In this document: in pieces, positions 59,787 to 64,000 of the stretch | Position numbering within the stretch: the first letter of the stretch is position 1 | How the letters are laid out: each line of letters opens with the position of its first letter | Source: Candidatus Delongbacteria bacterium | GTDB lineage: Bacteria; CAIWAD01 | Length of the DNA: 64,000 nt | NCBI GenBank assembly: GCA_963663545.1 | Contig: OY760505.1 | Coordinates: forward strand, 896,001-960,000 | Direction: 5' to 3' | Notes under the pieces: model-generated | What the model saw: the letters and a program-made list of their open reading frames with translations, nothing else | Told to the model about the DNA's origin: nothing | Database searches by the model: none | Made by a program: the position numbers and the translations under genes

Positions 59787-60499
59787 ACCTTGGCGCCAGT
59801 TGGGAACCGTTGGACCTGAGTCCTGGAACGGAGTGCGAACGCAATGTGGATGAGCTGCAGATTCGAGCGTGTCACAGAAGCGGAAGTCTGATGATCCGTT
59901 GCAGCTATCCTGACCAACTGGCTCAGCCCTGGACAGGCAGCGTGATTGATGAACGCAATCGTGTTACAATTATGCCGCAACTTCCTGATCTGGTTGTACA
60001 GGCCGCACTGCCGGAAAAACTGCTGCTGCTCCCGCGTGAAGTACGTCGTTTCTGGCTGGATCTTCCTGCCTGGCTGAGTATCACGGCTACCGATAATCAT
60101 GTAGCGCTCTTCGGCGGACCAACACGACGGCTGAAAACCACATGGTTTGGTGAGTTGCACGAAGGATCACTGGAGTATTGGGTGCAGACCGTGCCCCTTG
60201 CTGACCGCACTGTGTTACACGCTGATACTGCGGTGCGTGTGCCTGTGAAGGTGCACTTCGAAGGCAAACAGCTGGCCACTCTTGAGCGACTGCGCTTGCC
60301 CTTTCCCAACATGACGCTGTTCGAGCACGACGGGCAATTGTGGACGGACCGGGTCAATGTGCTGCTACGCGAAGACCAGGAGGACATCGTGTCGGTAAGC
60401 GGACGCACTCCGCGCGATCTTCCCGGTGCAACACTGATCGCTTCACCGCGCGTAGTGCACAGGCGAGGAGCACTCCCGCTTCTGCAGCGCAGTCTGTAA
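59783..60499 (+). CDS. DUF432-like hypothetical protein
   Basis: P..PD..V and TWFG...EG.L.YW motifs; GTGA overlap with the permease stop. Confidence 0.6.
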   Translation: MNLGASWEPLDLSPGTECERNVDELQIRACHRSGSLMIRCSYPDQLAQPWTGSVIDERNRVTIMPQLPDLVVQAALPEKLLLLPREVRRFWLDLPAWLSITATDNHVALFGGPTRRLKTTWFGELHEGSLEYWVQTVPLADRTVLHADTAVRVPVKVHFEGKQLATLERLRLPFPNMTLFEHDGQLWTDRVNVLLREDQEDIVSVSGRTPRDLPGATLIASPRVVHRRGALPLLQRSL

Positions 60500-60519
60500 A
60501 GCCCTGGCATGAGGATGGA

Positions 60520-61401
60520 ATGGATAGTCTTGCTGTAGCGCAAAATCTCCACTGGTATTCGCACCTGACGGCGGGTAATCTGGAACTCTTCCTGCGTGTG
60601 GCGTTGCTACTTGTGGTGGGAATACCCGGCTCCTACCTGCTGACAAGGCTGATTGGGCGTGTGTCACGTAGAAGTCTATCGCCGCAGCACCAGATGATTC
60701 TGGTCAAGGTTGTGCTCTATACGTGTATCACCGTTGTGCTACTTACAGCGTTGAATGAGCTGGGCTTTCACCTCTCAACATTACTGGGCGCCGCTGGCAT
60801 CATTGGCATCGCCCTCGGTTTTGCCTCACAGACCAGCGTCTCCAACATCATCAGCGGCCTCTTTCTGATTGCCGAGAAGCCCTTTGTGGTCGGCGATATT
60901 GTGCAAGTAGGTGCTACAACGGGCGCGGTGCTCAGCGTTGACATCCTCTCGGTAAAGCTGAAGACTTTCGACAACCGCTTCATTCGCATTCCCAACGAAA
61001 CACTGATCAAGAGCGAAGTGGTCAATTTTACTCGTTTTCCCATTCGACGTATCGATATTGCGGTGGGTGTGGCCTACAAAGAAGATCTGGATCGTGTAAC
61101 ACGCGTGCTCGAAGAAGTCGCCGACACTTGTCTGGACTCCCTGAAGGATCCAGCACCGCTGGTTTTCGTCACCGGTTACGGCGCGAGCTCCATCGACTTC
61201 CAGTGCAGTGTCTGGGCACCACGCGAGAAATGGCTGAATACACGCACTGCCATGTTCAAGGCCATCAAACGGCGTTTTGATGAGGAAGGCATTGAGATTC
61301 CCTTCCCGCATGTGTCACTCTACGCGGGTAGCATCAGCGATCCGCACAAGATTCAGGTGCTGAGCCATTCGCCTGATGGTCATGAGGATCAAGCTCGGTA
61401 A
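60520..61401 (+). CDS. MscS-family mechanosensitive channel
   Basis: GIALGFASQ..VSNIISG, EKPF.VGD, RIPNE and GIEIPFP motifs. Confidence 0.92.
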   Translation: MDSLAVAQNLHWYSHLTAGNLELFLRVALLLVVGIPGSYLLTRLIGRVSRRSLSPQHQMILVKVVLYTCITVVLLTALNELGFHLSTLLGAAGIIGIALGFASQTSVSNIISGLFLIAEKPFVVGDIVQVGATTGAVLSVDILSVKLKTFDNRFIRIPNETLIKSEVVNFTRFPIRRIDIAVGVAYKEDLDRVTRVLEEVADTCLDSLKDPAPLVFVTGYGASSIDFQCSVWAPREKWLNTRTAMFKAIKRRFDEEGIEIPFPHVSLYAGSISDPHKIQVLSHSPDGHEDQAR

Positions 61402-61448
61402 TCCAGTCTTTGCTGTGATACACATCTTACGATGATTCACATGCTCGC

Positions 61449-62228
61449 CTATTCGAGGCTGTGCTCCCATTCTTTGGGCAGCTCCAGCTTCTCCAGCGCA
61501 GGTCTCGCGAAGTAGTAGCCCTGAAAAGCACTCACGCCTAGCTTTCGCAAGACGCGCAATTCAGCGCGCGTCTCAACACCAGTGGCAACAACTTCGTACT
61601 CCAGCTCCTTGGCAAGATGTATCACGCTTTCTACAATGCTGTAATTCACACGATTGTGCTGCAAGCTGCGCACTAGGCGCGGGTCAATCTTGACGATGTC
61701 CGGACGGAAAAGGGCCAGCAACTCAAGCCCCCCCAACCCGGCTCAAAAGTTGTCCAGCGCCATTCGGACTCCTTCACTGCGGTAGATGGCAACCATGCGA
61801 TTGGCTCTTTCGGGATCAGCGGCATAATCGTTCTCACTGATCTCGAACACCAGCTGCTGCGGTGTCAACCCCATCTCATCCGCCCAATTGACCGTGCGCT
61901 GCAGACAGCGACCAGCGTCCACCAAGTATTGCGGGGTTACATTCAGGCAAAGACCCCCGCGAAGGCCCAGCGAGCTGGCCGTTCGAATGGCCGCCATGCG
62001 ACCCGCTTGCTCGAAAACCGCCCTGTGTTTCCCCTCCACCAGCTCAAGCACGCTGGCAGCTGACTCGCCGCCGGGTCCACGCACCAATGCTTCCCAGCGA
62101 AGATCACCTCGGTCCTGTTTGGCAATGGGTTGATAGGCGTAACGAAAATCAACGGGCAGAGGGCCACAACAACGATTACAGCCTGAACAAGGCTCGCGCG
62201 TTGGCAGATCCATGAATTCCTCCTGCAT
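61449..62228 (-). pseudogene. Stand-alone EAL-domain (c-di-GMP phosphodiesterase-like) gene interrupted by an in-frame TGA
   Basis: AYQPI...EALVRG...FEISE...ALDNF*AGLGGL...PDIVKID...GVET...FQGYYFARP; both ORF pieces share one frame, with TGA at 61743-61745. Confidence 0.8.
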
Positions 62229-62348
62229 TCGTGTGACACGGTGCCTGAATTCACATCATCCAGTTCAGCTCGCCGCTTGGCAGAGGTTGCAACATGCCAT
62301 TCCTCCCCTCCTGCCTCAAGAAAAAGCATAAAGCTAACAGAATTCTCA

Positions 62349-62401
62349 TTGACCCTTAGTTAACTTATTGACTACTAGTCATATTATTGACCGGCGGTCA
62401 A
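62349..62401. promoter_or_regulatory. Three TTGAC-N5-GTCAA-like operators at 19-bp period
   Basis: TTGACCCTTAGTTAA (62349), TTGACTACTAGTCAT (62368), TTGACCGGCGGTCAA (62387). Confidence 0.8.
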
Positions 62402-62404
62402 ATC

Positions 62405-63046
62405 ATGGAGGATCGCGTGGGAACGCAGGAACGTCGCGAGCGAGAACGTGAACAACGGTGCGAGCTCATTTTGCAAAAGGCGCGCGCGCTGATCGGTCGC
62501 AAACGCTTTCAACAAATGACAATGGATCGGCTCGCCAAAGAGTGCGAACTATCAAAGGGCGCGTTGTACTTCTACTTCAAAGGCAAGTATGAAGTGCTGG
62601 GCGCGCTACTGCTGCAATACACCAGCGACCTGGCGACCTCCTTTGCCACCGCGCGCCAGCAGGCGAGCCGTCCGCAGGAAGGCCTGGTTCTCATCGGCAT
62701 AGCCTACAATCGCATCTATGAAGCATGGGCCGATATGATGCCGGAAATCCGCATGCTGGGCAGCATCGAACTGTACTCCAACCTTAGCGAAGAAAGCGCG
62801 CGTGCGCTGAAGGACGCCCAAACGGACAGTTTTCGCGAAGTAGAGGCCTGCGTACAGTCGGGTATTGATTCAGGCGAGTATCACGCAAACACCAATCCGC
62901 TGATGGTGGCCGTGATCCTGGCGGGTGCTTCCATGGGCATCACCGAATTCATCAAGAGAAATCCCTACCTGGCCAGCCTCGACAGCCAAGCAACCATCGA
63001 ACAGGCCTGGAGCTGGGTCATGGCATCCATTGAAAGGAGACACTGA
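62405..63046 (+). CDS. TetR/AcrR family regulator (start may be GTG at 62417)
   Basis: MGTQERREREREQR and LAKECELSKGALYFYFKGK HTH. Confidence 0.92.
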   Translation: MEDRVGTQERREREREQRCELILQKARALIGRKRFQQMTMDRLAKECELSKGALYFYFKGKYEVLGALLLQYTSDLATSFATARQQASRPQEGLVLIGIAYNRIYEAWADMMPEIRMLGSIELYSNLSEESARALKDAQTDSFREVEACVQSGIDSGEYHANTNPLMVAVILAGASMGITEFIKRNPYLASLDSQATIEQAWSWVMASIERRH

Positions 63047-64000
63047 TGCGTTGTATCACGATGGTCTGCTCGCTGTCGCTTCTTCTGGTGCGACTGCTCT
63101 TTGGCACTGAAACCGGTCAGCTCACGGGAACGGTGCTGGATGCACGTACGGCGTCCCCGCTGGCGGGAGCCAATGTGCTGTTGCTGGGAACCAAACTTGG
63201 CGCTGCCACAGATCTCAACGGCAGCTTTCTAATCGACAACCTGCCTCTCGGCGTCTATAACCTGGAAGCCCGTATGATGGGCTACGCGCCACAGGTGCGC
63301 ACCGATATTGTGATACGTCCGAAGCACGACAATCCCGTCGAGATTCTACTGGAGGCGACCGAGCTGGCGCTGGATGAAGTTGTCGTACGCCCGGACTACT
63401 TCGCCACACGTACACAGAGTGGAGGTCCGTCCGTAAGCTTCCAGCGCGAGGAAGTGCGACGCGCTCCCGGCAGTGCCGAGGATGTTAGCCGCATCGTGCA
63501 GAACCTGCCCTCAGTGGGCATGGGCATGGGCGATGACCGCAACGATTTGATCGTTCGCGGCGGCAATCCCATGGAAAACCTGATTCTGCTGGACGGCCAT
63601 CCTGTTTCCAACATCGACCACTACAGCACTCAAGGCAGCACCGGCGGACCCATCGGCATGCTGGCCGTCGACATGCTGGATGATGTGCAGTTCTCCGCAG
63701 GTGGTTTTGACACGCGCTACGGTAATCGTCTCTCCTCTGTCATGGATCTGCGCTTCCGCGAGGGGGATCGCGAACACTTGCGCGGCAAGGCCAATCTGAG
63801 CATGGGTGGTGCGGGCGCCACTCTGGAAGGACCGCTATCCGGATCGGGCTCCTGGCTCTTCACCTTTCGTCGCAGCTATCTGGAGCTGTTGAAGAGCCAA
63901 ATCGGCACCGATGGTGTCCCGGTCTACAGTGACCTGAGCGGCAAAGTAATCTGGGAACCGGCGAAGAACTGGACCCTGGGTCTCGTGCTGCTGGGCGGCC
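63046..64000 (+). CDS. TonB-dependent receptor (runs off the window end)
   Basis: Own translation: MRCITMV...GQLTGTVLDARTASPLAGANV...GAATDLNGSF (carboxypeptidase-regulatory-like), then PGSAEDVSRIVQNLPSV...NDLIVRGGNPMENLILLDG (plug); TGATG overlap with the tetR stop. Confidence 0.9.
   Translation, partial: MRCITMVCSLSLLLVRLLFGTETGQLTGTVLDARTASPLAGANVLLLGTKLGAATDLNGSFLIDNLPLGVYNLEARMMGYAPQVRTDIVIRPKHDNPVEILLEATELALDEVVVRPDYFATRTQSGGPSVSFQREEVRRAPGSAEDVSRIVQNLPSVGMGMGDDRNDLIVRGGNPMENLILLDGHPVSNIDHYSTQGSTGGPIGMLAVDMLDDVQFSAGGFDTRYGNRLSSVMDLRFREGDREHLRGKANLSMGGAGATLEGPLSGSGSWLFTFRRSYLELLKSQIGTDGVPVYSDLSGKVIWEPAKNWTLGLVLLGG

Larger units (their letters stand above)
708..63059. repeat. Dispersed highly iterated octamer TGTATCAC/GTGATACA (degenerate palindrome YGTRWYACR)
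   Basis: About 69 exact copies by hand count (e.g. 1239, 1775, 2046, 2220, 2262, 8394, 8579, 8742, 10147, 10471, 11356, 11566, 12110, 24889, 24962, 25686, 25851, 36455, 36922, 48221, 48316, 48682, 61415, 61618, 63052), plus many TGTGTCAC, TGTAACAC and CGTATCAC variants. Confidence 0.95.

Noticed and set aside
61743..61745. Genome-wide TGA recoding (Gly, code 25) or selenocysteine at the EAL stop
   Set aside because: Many genes here end properly at TGA, with ATGA/GTGA overlaps. The position is a conserved Gly, not Cys, and this is the only internal TGA I found in an otherwise intact gene.
708..63059. Iterated octamer as a Chi/KOPS-type polar motif or an ordinary transcription-factor site
   Set aside because: It is abundant in both orientations (about 2:1), its variants form a quasi-palindrome, and it is mostly intragenic at about 1 per kb, unlike a strongly polar motif or a regulon operator.
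1..64000. tRNA, rRNA, prophage or integrase genes
   Set aside because: No cloverleaf or rRNA-like sequence, and no phage structural or recombinase motifs, were recognised.

Overview
This is a gene-dense, roughly 60% GC bacterial chromosome segment, mostly on the minus strand. Gene content suggests an anaerobe or microaerobe with an outer membrane: a flavodiiron protein, bacterioferritin, ferredoxin, a CydA-like/octaheme cytochrome c fusion and a TonB-dependent receptor. The secreted-protein architecture is reminiscent of FCB-related candidate phyla, but that is inference only. I recognised no rRNA, tRNA or CRISPR array. The strongest unexplained signal is a dispersed DNA word, TGTATCAC/GTGATACA, within a broader degenerate palindrome YGTRWYACR. 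I counted about 69 exact copies by hand (about 1 per kb) versus about 1 expected by chance. It lies inside coding sequences in several frames, uses the normally rare ATA codon, and repeatedly supplies GTG starts or GTGA stop/start overlaps. It is missing from two apparently foreign segments: an AT-rich island with a B12-radical SAM gene, a membrane-protein gene and an IS1595 remnant (about 2.3-7.1 kb), and a mosaic beta-helix gene (about 42.3-45.5 kb). Both segments end in the same degenerate CGATAC-type hexamer element. Other points of note are a probable AUC start codon, an in-frame TGA in an EAL gene, a shared C-terminal domain on three secreted proteins, and periodic TetR operator arrays.
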